Assembly: GCF_009834535.1 (NCBI RefSeq)
Contig: NC_045697.1
Location: forward strand, 43,278,001-43,342,000
Origin: Camelus ferus
Lineage: Eukaryota
Direction of reading: 5' to 3'
Length of the DNA: 64,000 nt
A program made the translations under genes and the position numbers. The notes under the pieces are model-generated. The model saw nothing but the letters and a program-made list of their open reading frames with translations, was not told where the DNA came from and did not search any database. This document shows, piece by piece, positions 1 through 13,069 of this stretch. Within the stretch, counting starts at the first letter, position 1, and every line of letters starts with the position of its first letter.

Positions 1-54
1 CATAGTCTCTCCCATTTTTCATATCTCTTCACACAAAGTGTATATAGTAAAGAA

Positions 55-280
55 TAATTACCATTTTATAGCAGTTAATAATTTTCAAAGTGCTTTCTAA
101 ATCAACATCTCATTTTACCCTTCCAGTAACCTTTCTAGATTAATATAATTTTGCCTACTTTACAGACAAACAATTGAGGTGTAGTATGTTTGAATATCTT
201 ACCCGAGATCTCATAGCTAGGAAGTGTCTGAAAATTCAGTTCTTCTGAGCCTAAACTCAGCACTCTTTCTCCAATGCCAA
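55..280 (-). mobile_element. MIR SINE, degenerate
   Basis: tactttacagacaaacaattgagg...tatcttacccgagatctcatagctaggaagtg resembles the reverse MIR core (ttttacagatgaggaaactgagg...acttgcccaaggtcacacagctagtaagtgg). Confidence 0.7.
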
Positions 281-469
281 AAATTCTATTTGAAAAGTTA
301 TCAGAATTTCTTTGTGCTGCTCATGAGAGGAAAAAAAATGAAACCAGTTTAATGTTCATTCTCTGTTAATATGAGAAAGAGACACTAAATATCAATATTC
401 TTCAGCAAAGATCTGCAGGAGCCAGAATCTAAAAATGGATGCACACACACACCTCAAATAAGAGGAAGC

Positions 470-625
470 AGACAGTCAACCATCTTGGAGCATATGTGAT
501 GAAATCTAAAAATCTTTTCCACCAAAAAACATGCATGCCACATACAATATAGACAATTTCTGGGAATTTACTGGGCCCCTTTAGCTCCTCTGTAGACAAC
601 TGTAGATAGAATCTCTACTGTCCTG
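470..625. mobile_element. MER117-like hAT-Charlie fragment
   Basis: tgatgaaatcta...ccaaaaaacatgcatgccacatac...aatttctggga resembles recalled MER117 consensus. Confidence 0.4.
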
Positions 626-689
626 GAAATTTTTAGTCACCACGGACATCTAAATCTATTTTACTAATATATCAAGTAGGCATTTTCTA

Positions 690-885
690 GTTCTCTTACT
701 GGGCTCCTCAATAGCATTAAACCCTGGTTGACATTCCTTTATTCTAGAAATATTTTCCTTCTTTGGCTGTGTGAGATCACAATAGTTTTTTCCTCCTACT
801 TCTCTGCTTCTTCTCAGACTGTTTGTTCTCAGTCTCGTTTGCTAGCTCATCCCTTTCTACCTGGTCTCTGGTTTCCAGTTTCCCA
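690..885 (+). mobile_element. L2 LINE RT-region fragment
   Basis: Decayed match to L2 cttgacctctcagcagcatttgacacagttgacc...ttttcctcctacctctctgg...ttctcagtctcctttgctggctc. Confidence 0.65.
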
Positions 886-914
886 AGGCTTGATATTTTT
901 CAATTTTATTCGTA

Positions 915-1879
915 TTTTAAAAGAACTAACTTTGACTTTGTTAATTTTTCTGAGTTGTTCCTCTGATTTCTATTTCATTGATACAAACTGTCCAGTATTT
1001 TCATTCTACTTAATTTAGGTGTTTTTTTTTTTTAATTCTTTTTCTGCCTTCTTAAGGTGGAAGCTTAGATTGTTGATTTAAAATCTTCCTTCTTTTAATA
1101 ATAAGCATTTAAAAATAATTTTCCCTCTAAATAAAACTTTAGCTGCATCCCACAAATTTTGATATGTTGTTTTCCTTTTCATTCAGTTTGAACTATTTTC
1201 TAGTTTTCTTTGCAATTTCTTTTTTGACATTTCTGTTATTTAGAAGAATATTTAAATTTTCAGTAATTTTGGATTTTCCAAATTTCTTATTAATTTTTAA
1301 TTTATTTAATTGTGATCAGCAATTACATACTGTGTGATTTAAAATCCTCTTAAATTTATCAGAACACCTTTTAGACCCCAGCACATGGTCCATGTGTCTG
1401 TGAAAGAATGTATGTATATTCTGCTACTGTTGGACGAAATGTTCTATAAATGTCCATTAAGTCAAGTTGGTTGATTGATAGTGCTGTTAATGTCTTCTGT
1501 GTCCTTATGGATTTTTATTGTCTATTTGTTCTACCAATGTCTGAAAAATATTTGCCTGTTTTTCTATTTAGTTCTTTTAAATATTGCTTCATATATTTTG
1601 AAGCTCTGTTATTAGTTACATATATATTTAAGATGTTTATTTCTTCTTAGTAAATCAAAGATTTTATTTCAAATGTCCGTATTTATTTCATTGAATGTTC
1701 TTTTTCTATTTTAAACAATATTAATGCAGCTATGTTACAATTAGAATATGTATGTTATATTTTTCCATCCTATTACTTTTTAAATAATGTGTCTTTGTAT
1801 TTATAGTGTGTATCTTATAAATATCATACATTTGGATCTTACTTTCTTATTCACTCTGATAATCTCTTCCTTTTAATTG
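915..1879 (-). mobile_element. Old L1 (L1M) ORF2 5' part (endonuclease region)
   Basis: T-rich strand with L1 hallmarks: gctttagctgcatcccacaaattttgatatgttg-like, gaaatgttctataaatgtccattaagtcaagttggttga, ctctgataatctcttccttttaattgg. Confidence 0.85.
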
Positions 1880-1888
1880 GCTCTTCTC

Positions 1889-2190
1889 TAGAAGAGAAGA
1901 GCAGAATGAAGTAAATGGAACAATATTATTCTAGGCTTCTTACATTATTTATATGTGAAGGGGAATAATATTAATCCAAATGAAATTGTGAGAGGTTTGG
2001 GATATATGTCTTAATTCCTAGAGCACATACAGAAAATAATACAAAGAAGTATAACTAGAAAAGATAAAATGGAATACCAAAAATATGTTGTGTAAGTCCA
2101 AAGAAGAAATAAAAGAATAATAAAGTAAAAAATAAGTATCAAGATGGTAGACTTAAATTCAACCATATCAAAAATTATATTAAAGTTAAA
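1889..2190 (+). mobile_element. L1 inter-ORF/ORF2-start segment, inverted relative to its flanks
   Basis: Strand composition switches to A-rich; contains aagatggtagacttaaattcaaccatatcaaaaattatattaaa (L1M ORF2 start) in + orientation. Confidence 0.8.
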
Positions 2191-3990
2191 GATTTTATTT
2201 CTACATGTATTATAACTGCACAATTTTTTATTATTTTTGATTCAGACAATTATAATTTACAGAAATTTTAAAATAAGAAATAAAAGAGGTATTTTTAATC
2301 TTTAATGAGATATTTACCATTTTTAGCATTCTTTAGTCTTTCCAATAGATTCATGTTTCTTTCTGATTACATAACCTTTCAACCTGAAGTCTTCATTTAG
2401 AATTTCTGGTAGTTCTGGTCTGCTGATGTTGAATGCTCACTTTTATTTATATCTGAAATATCTTTATTTTTTGCTTTTGCTTTTGAAGGATATTTTCACT
2501 AGATTCAGAGGTCTCTGTTGGCTCTTTTTTTTTCTTCTTCTTTTTCTTTCAAGCACCCTAAACATGCTACTTCACTGTTTTCTGACTTTCATTGTCTCTA
2601 GAGAAAAGCAAGCCCTCACCCTTATGGTTGCTACCCTCTATATAATGTATTTTTTTCTAGAAATGCTTTTAAGATTTTTCTCTTTTTGTTTTTTAATAAC
2701 ATGGTTATGATGTGTCTCAGTACGGTTTTCTTGATATTTATCCTGCTTGCAGTTTGTTGAATTACTGAATCTGTGCTTTAGTAATTTCATCATATTTGCA
2801 AATTTTTGAGCCATTATTTCTTCAAGTAATTTTTGGGCACCATTTTCTCCTTCCTCTCTTTTGGGGACTCCATACACTGCTTATATAATCCCTAAAGATT
2901 TGTTTGGCTATATTTGTTTTCAACTTTTTTCTTTCTGTTTCAGTTAAATACTTTTTAGTGACATATCCTAAAATTCAATGACCCCTTTTTTTCCCTCTTC
3001 TGTCCAACTTAATGTAAGTTCCATCCAATAAAATATTAATTTTAGATATTCTAGTTTTTACTTCTAGCATTTCCAGTTATTTCTTTTTGAGAGTTGTCAT
3101 TTTTCTGCTGAAATATACCCTATCTTCACCACTACATCCCCCTTTTTTTCCACAAACCCTTTAATATTTTTGTAATAGTTGTTTTAAGCTCTTGTCTGCT
3201 AATGCAAATAACTGGGCCATCTACAGGTCTTCCTCTGTTGACCATATTTGCTTTTGAATATGGGTCACATTTTCCTGCTGTTTTACGTATCCTTTTACGT
3301 ATCTTTTAGAACATAGAGATGACTGAGATATGTTTTCTTCTATTTTGCTTATTGTGAAGAAATTATAAGCCACTTTCCCTATAGGTGGAATCAAGTTGAT
3401 TTGAAACTGGACTTCAAGTTTCATTAGATTGAGTGCATTTATGATTAGCCCAACTTCTAACCTCCCATGGCAAAGTCAACTTTTTTATCTTGTCATTTTA
3501 GCTGGGATAAAGTTGGGCTCTAATTTCAGATACTTTTGTTTTGCCTTTGATTCAGCTTATCAGAGCCTTAGAACTCAAACCCAAGAACATGCAGAAGTCT
3601 GCAATTTCTCTCCATTTTCTGATCTTTACTCATTGTCACTTTCTTGGCAAAATTTGTGGTGAAAAGATAATTTTCAGGCCAACTAATATATTCTTTTTTT
3701 TGTATCTGTGACTCTTTCAGATTTCAATCTGTTTTCCTGGCCCACCTTTTTGTCAAAGGCTCAGCTGATTTGTCTTCATCCTTGCACAGTGTCTCTGTCT
3801 CTCAAGTTGTTTCTTCTATTCATTTCATTCAGATCAGGAGACTGCCCCAGTATAGTAGCTACCATAGAGTTTTGCTGACCTATGAAAGTCTTATTTTTTT
3901 CTGGAATTCAGCTGATCAGAGCTTCTTGTATGTGGGTTTCTTGCTGTTACCATGACAGTGAAGTTCTTTTGCATCTTTCTACATCGTAAC
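2191..3990 (-). mobile_element. Old L1 (L1M) ORF1 and probable 5' region
   Basis: ORF 2638..2877(-) GVPKREEGENGAQKLLEEIMAQKFANMMK is L1 ORF1p-like (GVPEGEE..N....IFEEI..ENFPNL); boundary beyond ~3400 is uncertain. Confidence 0.75.
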
Positions 3991-5546
3991 TGGTAGTGGA
4001 GCATCAAGATCATGTCTTTTATATTTGCATTAAATCTCTAGTGCCTAATACAGTGATAGAAATTAAATATCTGTAGACCATAAATAAAAATAGAATGAAG
4101 ATGTTTCTGGTATGTGGAGAAAATAAAATATGATATTCACAGTTTACAAGGTAAAATAATAGATGGTAGTTTAGGACCAGAATATTTTTAATGATGTTTT
4201 AAACAAGGGTATCATTGTCTTTGAAAAGTCAAGTGATGTTTGGTGATAATATCCATGACCTGGCACTATTCCTTTATCAGAATAAGTAGGTAGTTAGGGG
4301 AATTCTCTCAGGCAACAACCTGGGATACAGAGGTAAAAATTTAGGTCTTGAGAAAAATGGCAATTGCTTTTAAAATCCAGAAGGTTAAGGAATGGAGAAC
4401 AACACGAGGGAAACACTCCCAATGGAGCATTTTCCTCCCAATGGCTCAAAGCTCTCCACTAATATAATCTTTGCCAACAGACCAAGGTGGTAATAATGAC
4501 AAATGGGTAAGTATTTTTGTTTCTTGTCTTGTTTAATTTCCAGCTCTTCTGTGTTTATTCCATTCTCTTGGAAAACGGAAAACAATTAGGATTTGACCTA
4601 AAGTGTGAGAGAAGATCAAGTTTGCAAGGGAAGATCAAGTGTCCTCAGACTGAGAGGCAAGTTGGTCTGTAACGTCTGGAAATCAGGCCAAGGCTGGCAT
4701 CTCACCATGCACATGGGAAAGGCGTTAACCTACTGGTAGCAATGCATGTACTGCTTATTCCAAAACTTCTCAGGTCTCCTAATCTAAAAAGCATATGTGG
4801 ACTGAAATAACAAAAGAAATCCAGTCTTTCCATTACACAGTCTGTCATGTTATTTTATTAAACTGAAAATAAGTGCATTTTAAAATACCCACTAGCAAGA
4901 AAAGTTATAGAATACAGATGCATCAAATAGTGTTGAAGTACCCATTTATCTCAGACTTATAGATTGTGCCACATGTCCTAACCCCCAAAAGGCAAGTTAT
5001 GAGTGACTCTGAGCCAGCGAAGGGTCTAATAGCCTATATCAGGTCCATTCTCCACTAGTGCCGATGATATTACTCTAATTCTAAAATGCTGGTATCAATA
5101 GCGTTGTGTTGGAGTTGATGTTGTTATGATGACATTGGCATCATTTTGTTGGCATTAAGCCTGTTGGCCTAGCTCCTCCATAGGCAATCACTACTGCATT
5201 TAAAGGATTTATTCAATGCCTGCTTCAGTGTATTTCTCTGTCGGACCTGCTCTTTAAAATCTGACAATATGTGATAAACAATAGGGGCAGCCAAAGACCC
5301 AAATAGTGAAATAAACTTTCAATAAATACATATGTATATAGAGAGGGCAATATGTTCATTGCAGAGGGGTTGAATATAAAGGAAGGAATGAGGTCAAAGG
5401 AAATTTTCTACTCTTCCAGTGGCCCGTGAAAGTTTTATCTGAAATAGGAAGATATCAAAAGTGCTCAAGAAAGAAAAGAGAGTGTGCAAATGTATGAAGA
5501 TTCCTAAACAGCTTGGAAGTTTGAGATTAAAAGATTATATATATAT

Positions 5547-5940
5547 TTTTTATTTTTATACAATTTTTAAAGGTTATACTCCATTTGCAGTTATTACAAA
5601 ATATTGGCTATATTCCTCATGTTGTACAATACATCCTTGTAGCCTGTCTAATACCCAATAGTTTGTACCTCCCACTCCCCCACCCCTATATTGCCCGTCT
5701 CCTCCCTCTTCCCATTGGTAACCACTAGTTTGTTCTCTTTGCCTGTGAGTCTGCTTTTTTGTTGTTGTTATACTCACTAGTTTGTTGTATTTTTTTAATT
5801 CCACATATAACTGATATACATTATTTGTCTTTCCCTTTCTGACCTATTTCACTCAGCATAATGCCCTCTAAGTCCATCTATATTGCTGCAAGTGGAAAAA
5901 TTTTATGCTTTTTTATAGCTGAATAGTATTCCATTGTGTG
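5547..5940 (-). mobile_element. Younger artiodactyl-type L1 3' end
   Basis: aaaggttatactccatttgcagttattacaaaatattggctatattcc...ggtaaccactagtttgttctct...tagctgaatagtattccattgtgtg is a reverse L1 3'UTR/ORF2 C-terminus. Confidence 0.9.
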
Positions 5941-5974
5941 TGCATATAGATAGGCTGATAGATTAATATATATA

Positions 5975-8845
5975 TTGACAAAAAACATAGATCAATAGTA
6001 CAAAATCAAAATCCCAGAAAGACACCTACATGAATGCATTCAACTGATCTTTGACAAAGGAGCAAATTTACTTCAATGAAGAAAGGATAGGTTTTTCAAC
6101 AAAAAGTGATGGAATAATTGAATGTCTACACACAAAATAACAGAACTTATACTTTGCACAAAAATAAACTTAAAATGGATCAGAGACCTAAATGTAAAAC
6201 CCCAAACCACAAAACTTCTAGAAGATAGCATAGGAGAAAATCTAGGTGATGTTGGGTTTGGTGAAGAACATTTTAGATAAAATATCAAAGGCACAATCAA
6301 CAAAATGTTACTAAAATTTTGCTTTGAAAGGCACTGTTAAAGGAATAAAAATCCAGCCACAGACTGGGAGAAAATATCAACAAAACACACATTTGATAAA
6401 GGACTTTTTCCCCCCAAATATACAAACAATTCCTAAAACTAAACAATAAGAAAACAAATAACTCAATTTGAAAAATGGGGAAAAAATCTGAACAGACACA
6501 GCTCCAAAGAAGATACACAGATGGAAAAGAAGCATGAGAAGATGCTCAAAACCATATGTTGTTAGGTAACTGCAAATTAAAACAACATACACATCAAGTA
6601 AAATGGCCAAAATCCAAATAACTGACAACAAAGGATGTAGAGCAACAGGAATTCTCATTTACTCCTGATCGAAATGCAAAATAATACAGCCATAGAAGAC
6701 ATTTTGACACGTTTTTGCAAAGATAAATCATACAATCTAGCAATCATGCTCTTAAGTATTTACCCAAATTAGTTGAAAACATATGTCCACACAAAAATCT
6801 GCACTTGAATATTTATAGAAACTTTATTCATAGTTACCAAAACTTGGAAGCAACCAAGATGTCCTTCAGTAGGTGAGTGGATAAACAAACTATGCCACAT
6901 CCGTACAATGGAGTATTATTCAGCAATAAGAAGAAATGAGCTATCAAGCCACACAAATTCACAGAGGAAACTTAAATGCATATTGCTAAATGAAAAAAGC
7001 CAGTCTGAAAAGGCTGCATATTGTATGATTCTGATTACATGGCAGTCTGGAAAAGCCAAAACTATAAAGACAGCAAAATATCAAGGGTTGCCTGGGGTGT
7101 GGGTGAGGGGGATGAACAGAAGGAGGAAAGAATATGTAAAGTACAGGAAATTCTTAGAATAGTGAAACTATTCTGTATGACACTATAATAGTGGATGCGT
7201 GATGTTATACATTTGTCAAAGCCCATAGTATGCTAAAGCACAAAGAGTGAACTTTAATGTGTATAAACTTTAAAAAATTATTTAGGAGTTCAGAGGATCT
7301 CAGAAAAGAGTAAAGATTGTGACAGGAGACTCTAACTGTATGAAATGAGGTTGGGGACAAGATGCTTACTTAAGTAACTTTGGAAATGAATGGAGCCTGT
7401 AAGACTAAAGGCAAATAGAACTGCATATAAATGTAACTTAGTTGATAACGTTGTTTCCCTCAGAGACAGCGGTTAATAGTTATGATACTGCTATATGTAT
7501 ATATACATACATATATACACTAGAATTGAATAAAATGGATAGAACATGGTAAAAGCCAGAGTTTTTACTGTTGGAGCGGTAATTTACAGATAAGCAAGAG
7601 GAGGAGGCTAGAATGATCCATGTGCTAATGGATTAGAATTGGAGCCATCAGTAAGAACTCATCTTTGGCTTAATATACATATTGTTACATATAGAAATAT
7701 TTGAGTGTGTATATATATACATATATTTTTTGCTCTATCAACTTAGAGGATCTAAAATAAACAACATCCTAGTCGCAACAAGCACACTTAGAACCCAGAT
7801 CTTGGTTTCTATTATTCTCAAAAAAAAAAAAAAAAAAAAAAGAACCTGTGCCCCTTGATAAAATGCTGATTCTAGCACTGAGACAAGAAATATACAAGAT
7901 GAACCTGTAGAATCAGAGTAAGGATGTGTTAAAAAAAAAACAAAACTGATGGGTGTATGACAAAGGGTCACAGGAGATAACTGAGAGAGCTCTCAATAGC
8001 CAAATCTGGAACAATTTGAGCAACAAAATAAAGTAGTATTGGATTATAACTCAGAGTATAAGATAAATACCCTTGAGACTATACTGACATAAATAAATGA
8101 TTAAATAAATTAATAAATGAGGAAGAAGAAATAAGTCTCCCATACGGAAGCATTCCAAAAAAACTACGTAGAGACTCCATCTTAAAGTAGGGGCATCATG
8201 TCTCCCCACTCGTTGAGTATGTGCTGTGCATAGTGACTTCCTTTCAAAAAGTACAGTATGGAAAGAGGTAAGAAAAAAAGAGAATAATTTCACAGTAGAG
8301 AAAATTGACAAACACTGCTTCAGCCAGGTGATCAAAGTCAACACCAGGAGTCATAAATCATGTTCAAGTATGTACCCCTGATAGGATGTGATGAAAATGG
8401 CACTTTACCATTGTGGTCTTCCTCTCTAAAACACATAGCCCCAGTCTAATCATGATAAAAGCCATCAGACAAATTCTAATAGAGAAGCTTCCTACAGTAT
8501 GCTCGACCAGTAAGCCTCAAAACCCTCAAGGTCAACAAAAATAAGGAAAGTCTAAGAAATTGTCACAGTCAAGATGAGCCTAAGGAGCATGGCAAATAAA
8601 TGCAATGTGGTATCCTGGAACAGAAAAAAAAAAAAAAAAAAAAGAAGGACATTGTGTAAAAACTGAGAAAATCTGAATAAACTGTGGATTTCAGTTAGTA
8701 ATAACATATCAATAATATATCAATATTGTTCATTAGCTATAACAAATGTATCATTTGAATATAAGATGTTAATAATAGGGGAAACTCTACTTGGAGAAGG
8801 GTAGTGTTACATATGGGATCCCTCTGTACTATCTGCTCAAATGGT
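5975..8845 (+). mobile_element. L1MC-type (L1MC3-like) ORF2 3' end plus long 3'UTR
   Basis: ORF2 motifs (caactgatctttgacaaaggagcaaa; ORF 6908 MEYYSAIRRNEL) followed by L1MC 3'UTR (ggaggaggctagaatgatccatgtg, cagccaggtgatcaaagtcaaca); internal A22 (7820-7841) and A20 (8624-8643). Confidence 0.85.
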
Positions 8846-8849
8846 GCTA

Positions 8850-9366
8850 GAACAATTAGTCATATACAAAAAATATGATCTTTGACTCAGACTTTGCAAC
8901 ATATACAAAAGTTGATTCAAAATGGATCATAGACCTAAATATTATATACAAAACTATAAAATTTCTAGGAAAAAATAAGAGAAAATATTTATGATTTGGG
9001 GTTAGATAATGATTTCTTAAGATACAAAAACACAAACTATAAGGAAAAAATCTCAAAATTATTATGCTGAACTAAAAGAAAGTCCAATGTGTGTATACAT
9101 AATGTAGAGCTCCATTTTTATTAGATGCTAGAAAACACAAATCAACTCTACACTGACAGCAGATCAGTGGTTGTCTGGACCTGGGGTTTGGGGTTAGGGA
9201 TTGCCTAGGATGAGGCACAAGACTTCTCAGGTAATGGAAATATTCTATATAATGACTGTGATGGTAGTTATATGAATAATTTATTTGTCAAAACTCATCA
9301 AATGTACATTTAAGATGAGTGTATTTTATTGTACATAAACTATAGCTTTTAAAGTTGATTTTTTTA
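8850..9366 (+). mobile_element. L1ME/L1MB-type fragments (ORF2 piece joined to 3'UTR)
   Basis: caaaatggatcatagacctaaat, then gcagatcagtggttgtctgg...atttgtcaaaactcatcaaatgtacatttaagatg. Confidence 0.75.
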
Positions 9367-9989
9367 AATACAGGAAAGTCTGTTTTATGTATTCTTTTTT
9401 GCATTTAAAATAAAAAGAGAGGGAGGAAAAAAATTAGTAAAGGCTGAGAGATGAACCAGTAATCCCCACCCACCATGCCCCTGCCACAAATTGTCTTTTT
9501 TTTAAGAATCAGAGAAAATATTTTAATTGGTTACATTTGTCTCATATGGTTCACAGGAAAAATTTTCAATTAAAGTGAGAGAATTTGTAAATGTAAACCA
9601 GGCTCAGGAAGCAGGCAAATTGTTATTAGTATAATAAGGCCAAGGTTTTTTTTATTTTGGAAGGAATAACATATAAACTTCAGTATTCTTAAGACTAAAT
9701 GATCCTGAGAAGAAAATCATTTTTTTTTGTGGTAGCAAAATATATTTGTTCTCAGACTATAAAATAGCAAAATGAGTGACAGCCATTACTGATGGAGAAT
9801 TGGAACTAGATTTGAAGCGTGTATTTCCACTCTGCATCATCCAGTACCGATGGCCCAGAGCACATTCCTCTTTCCCCAGGAGCCCGCAGAAGCTTGGGCA
9901 GCTGACCATCCTTTGATAACCAAACACAGCCCAAGTGTGCAAAAGGAAGGAGGCCACTGGGGTTGAAACTTTGTTTCAGAATGATCTAG

Positions 9990-10135
9990 AAGTGACAACA
10001 TGTCAATAAATCATGTGGCCAAACCTAGCAGGAAGGAGCCCTGCCCACAGAGAGAGGACACTGCAAAATTTCATGGTGAACAGGGTGTGGTCTAGGGAGG
10101 GGTGAAGAATTGGGGCCATTAATGAAATAAATTCA
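9990..10135 (-). mobile_element. MLT1 (MaLR) LTR fragment
   Basis: agggtgtggtctagggaggggtgaagaattggggccattaatg resembles the reverse MLT1 terminus. Confidence 0.55.
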
Positions 10136-10299
10136 TTGTAATCATTCTTCATGGAGGCAATTACTCAAGTCTCTCCCACATGCAAAATCTGCTCAGACCC
10201 ATTCCAGCACCCACAAGTTTTTTCAGTTATGGTCTTAGTCTCAAAGTCCTGACACACATCATGTCAGTTCCTTGAGCAAAAACTTTGGTCATTCCCCAC

Positions 10300-10630
10300 A
10301 TCATTGAGAAAAGTATACAACACCCTTCAAATCTGACCTCAACCTCCATTCTAACATCAATCCCGACGTATACTCAGCCCCCTCCCCTAGGCTGCCAATA
10401 TCTAGCCTTTCTTTATCACTTACCGTCACCTAGCACATCACGCTCTTTTGTGTGCTCCCGCCTCACACTGGCTCTTCTTTCTCCCTTTACAGCCCTAAGC
10501 ACACAGCAGTTCACTTCTATCACTGTGCTCGAGCTCCGTAAGCAGAAGAAATAAAACTGATTCTTGTTTGCATTCTTGACACCTGGAACACGGTAAGTAC
10601 TCAGTAAATGTCTGTTATACAAACTAAAGC
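10300..10630 (+). mobile_element. L2 3' fragment
   Basis: Pyrimidine-rich L2 body ending cacctggaacacggtaagtactcagtaaatgtctgtt (L2 tail). Confidence 0.55.
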
Positions 10631-12354
10631 AATTCAATTGTAAAAAATAAAATAAAAAGGAGGCCTTTGTTTGTAGTGAATTTAACTGAGTCAAACTTTA
10701 TTACTTTTCATCTCTAGGTCAACCTGGAAATCTGGAACCAGAAATGGAACTCTAACCTACATGGTGCTTAGTAAGCAGTGGCATTCAATTCGTAATTTGT
10801 GCAAGTAGATAGGCATTTTTTTTTTTTTTTTTGCTAGAACATCATATCTACATGCACACTGCTTCTATTCATTGTCTGTTTATCCAAGAAGCCTGAGAAT
10901 CAATTTATTAAAAGCCTCACTCTTTTTGGTTTGTGCTTCAGTGTACGATTGAGGGAAGGACTGGGGGAGGCTTGAAACACAGTTATAACATGACAGAGGT
11001 AGAAAGGGAACAAAAGAATGTGTAGGGGATGATTAAGTGCTTTTGAATTTACACAGTGAAATATGGACAGTTTAAATGTCTTTGCTATTTGCTTCTTTTC
11101 AAACTGTGAGCAGTTTCAAACACCCCATGCTGCTCCAAGATTAATTGAGTTCTGCATGCTTTTGGCTTGCTCCGGGTACCAAGGAGAAAGGATTTCCACA
11201 CAGCCTGTATTTGCCAGAGAAAAGAGAATATCTCATTAATGTATGATTAATAGCCATTTGTGAAGTGATTAATTAGTCATTTTGACAATAAACTGAGCCT
11301 ACGTATATGCCTTTGCTAGATTCAGGTTTCACATGTAGCAGAAAAAGAGGGTGTCTCTCTTCTTGCTTCCTTCCTGCACCAAGACTAGAAAAATCCAAAG
11401 GCCTTTGCATATTCTGGTCTTGTCTGATTTCATCTGGTTTGTCTTTAAGAACAACGGCCCTGAAATGGAAGCTCTCCAGCATGATTGATGGCTTCTCTTT
11501 CTATCTGCAAGTTGGAAATACAGAAAAGGATTTTTCCCCCATAGGTCTCACTGCTTATTGGTACAAGAGTTATTTCCACTTTGCCGCAGAATTGATTTGC
11601 AACATTGGTGTATGAGTTTGTATATTTTTCTCACTGGCCCGTCACAAAGCATAAGTCAGCAAGACTTCTGCAGAATGATGGATTAGGTACAGGAGCCTCC
11701 TGGTAATATTTCCATTAAAAGGATGAGCATATTGTCATTAACTTTGGGGGGCTGGAAAAATCCAAATTCTGTAGCTTGACATCGCACAGACTATATTATT
11801 TAGTAGCATTCATTTCCCCCACATCCAGTACTATCTATTGTACCTCGGGTGGATTTCTGCATCTATGATTGCCCATTCTGTAAAATAAAGACATTAGGAA
11901 AACACTAAAGGATCAATAGCAATAGGTCTAAGCTTACATCCTGCTTCCTACCAAATAAAACCACTTATTTGATTCAAAAGAGGAAAAGAACAGAGATTGG
12001 GGAAGAACATCTGCTTATCTAAACTGTTAGAAAGAATTATTCATTGCAGGATATACTGAAGCATCCTAAGAACTTAATTAACCAAAATGAAAACAGGAGC
12101 AGAAAAATCAAATCTAAAACTTCTGGTTTCTAGTTTTTTTGTTAAAATCATTTGGTAGCATAGAAACACTCATCTCCTCTTCCTATCTCTTTCCCCTCCT
12201 CCATCTCTGTGTAATTTGGTGTAGGATGAAAGTGGTGGGGGTGGGGGAGGTGTACTACCAGAAGGCTCTTTTGGAACAAGTTTGAGTAAAACTAAATAAG
12301 TAGAACAATGTAATAAAATAAATATTAAAAATAACTGTGACGTGTCTGAGAAAG

Positions 12355-12590
12355 GCATCACAGTGGTTTAAAAAAAACTGGCTTTGGATTATGACAGAGC
12401 TGGGTTTGACTCTTGGCTTCACCAATTTCTAACTGCATAGCTTGAATAAGTAGCAATTTTATTAGGCCTTGGTTTTATTTGTAAAATAAATTCACTAGTA
12501 TTTACCCATGAATATTATAAGATTCAGATTTAATGCCTATAAAATGTACAATGTCTGACACATACCTAAGGCTCCCTAAATAGATGTAAG
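12355..12590 (+). mobile_element. MIR SINE
   Basis: cagtggtttaa...ggctttgga...ctgggtttgactcttggcttcacca...tgtctgacacata. Confidence 0.7.
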
Positions 12591-12604
12591 ATATAGAGCT
12601 CTGA

Positions 12605-12629
12605 GTGTGTGTGTGTGTGTGTGTGTGTG
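12605..12629. repeat. (GT)12 microsatellite
   Basis: Perfect GT run read directly. Confidence 0.95.
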
Positions 12630-13069
12630 CAATACTCTGAGTACCATTATCTCCCATCATTTAAAGATGCAACATGCCTACATAGCTTCATATACAGTCA
12701 TATGGATATAATTAAATGCAAGGGTCCATGGGCTCCAAGGACATATAGGGACTCCCAAAAAGAGATCTACAGCCTCTAAACAACCAAGGTCTAAACCAAT
12801 GAAAGATGAAGAAAAGTTTTACTCTTCAGAACATTCTGTTACATAAGCCTAACTTTAGTTACCACCTTTCTGGTCAATATTTAGGCTGAAAATGGATCTT
12901 TTAATAACTGACAGGTTATTTTTTTCATGTTAACAGTTAACACACTGAAAAGCACACCATATCACCAGTTATCTTCAATAGACATGTCTATATAACCGTT
13001 TTCCAAAACTGTATGACTCAGGTTGGGAAACGAGAGGTCTCTGGAGTGGAGAGCTTGAAGAATATAGCT

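Noticed and set aside
631..655. REST/NRSE site (caccacggaca)
   Set aside because: Only the centre matches; the left TCAGCACC and right GACAGC half-sites are broken.
2638..2877. 79-aa ORF as a gene
   Set aside because: Decayed L1 ORF1p fragment.
5574..5804. 76-aa ORF as a gene
   Set aside because: Read-through of an L1 3'UTR.
6908..7162. 84-aa ORF MEYYSAIRRNEL
   Set aside because: L1 ORF2p C-terminal remnant.
9490..9620. 3' end of a processed pseudogene (minus-strand ATTAAA plus A-run)
   Set aside because: Short A-run, no TSD and no recognisable upstream coding remnant.
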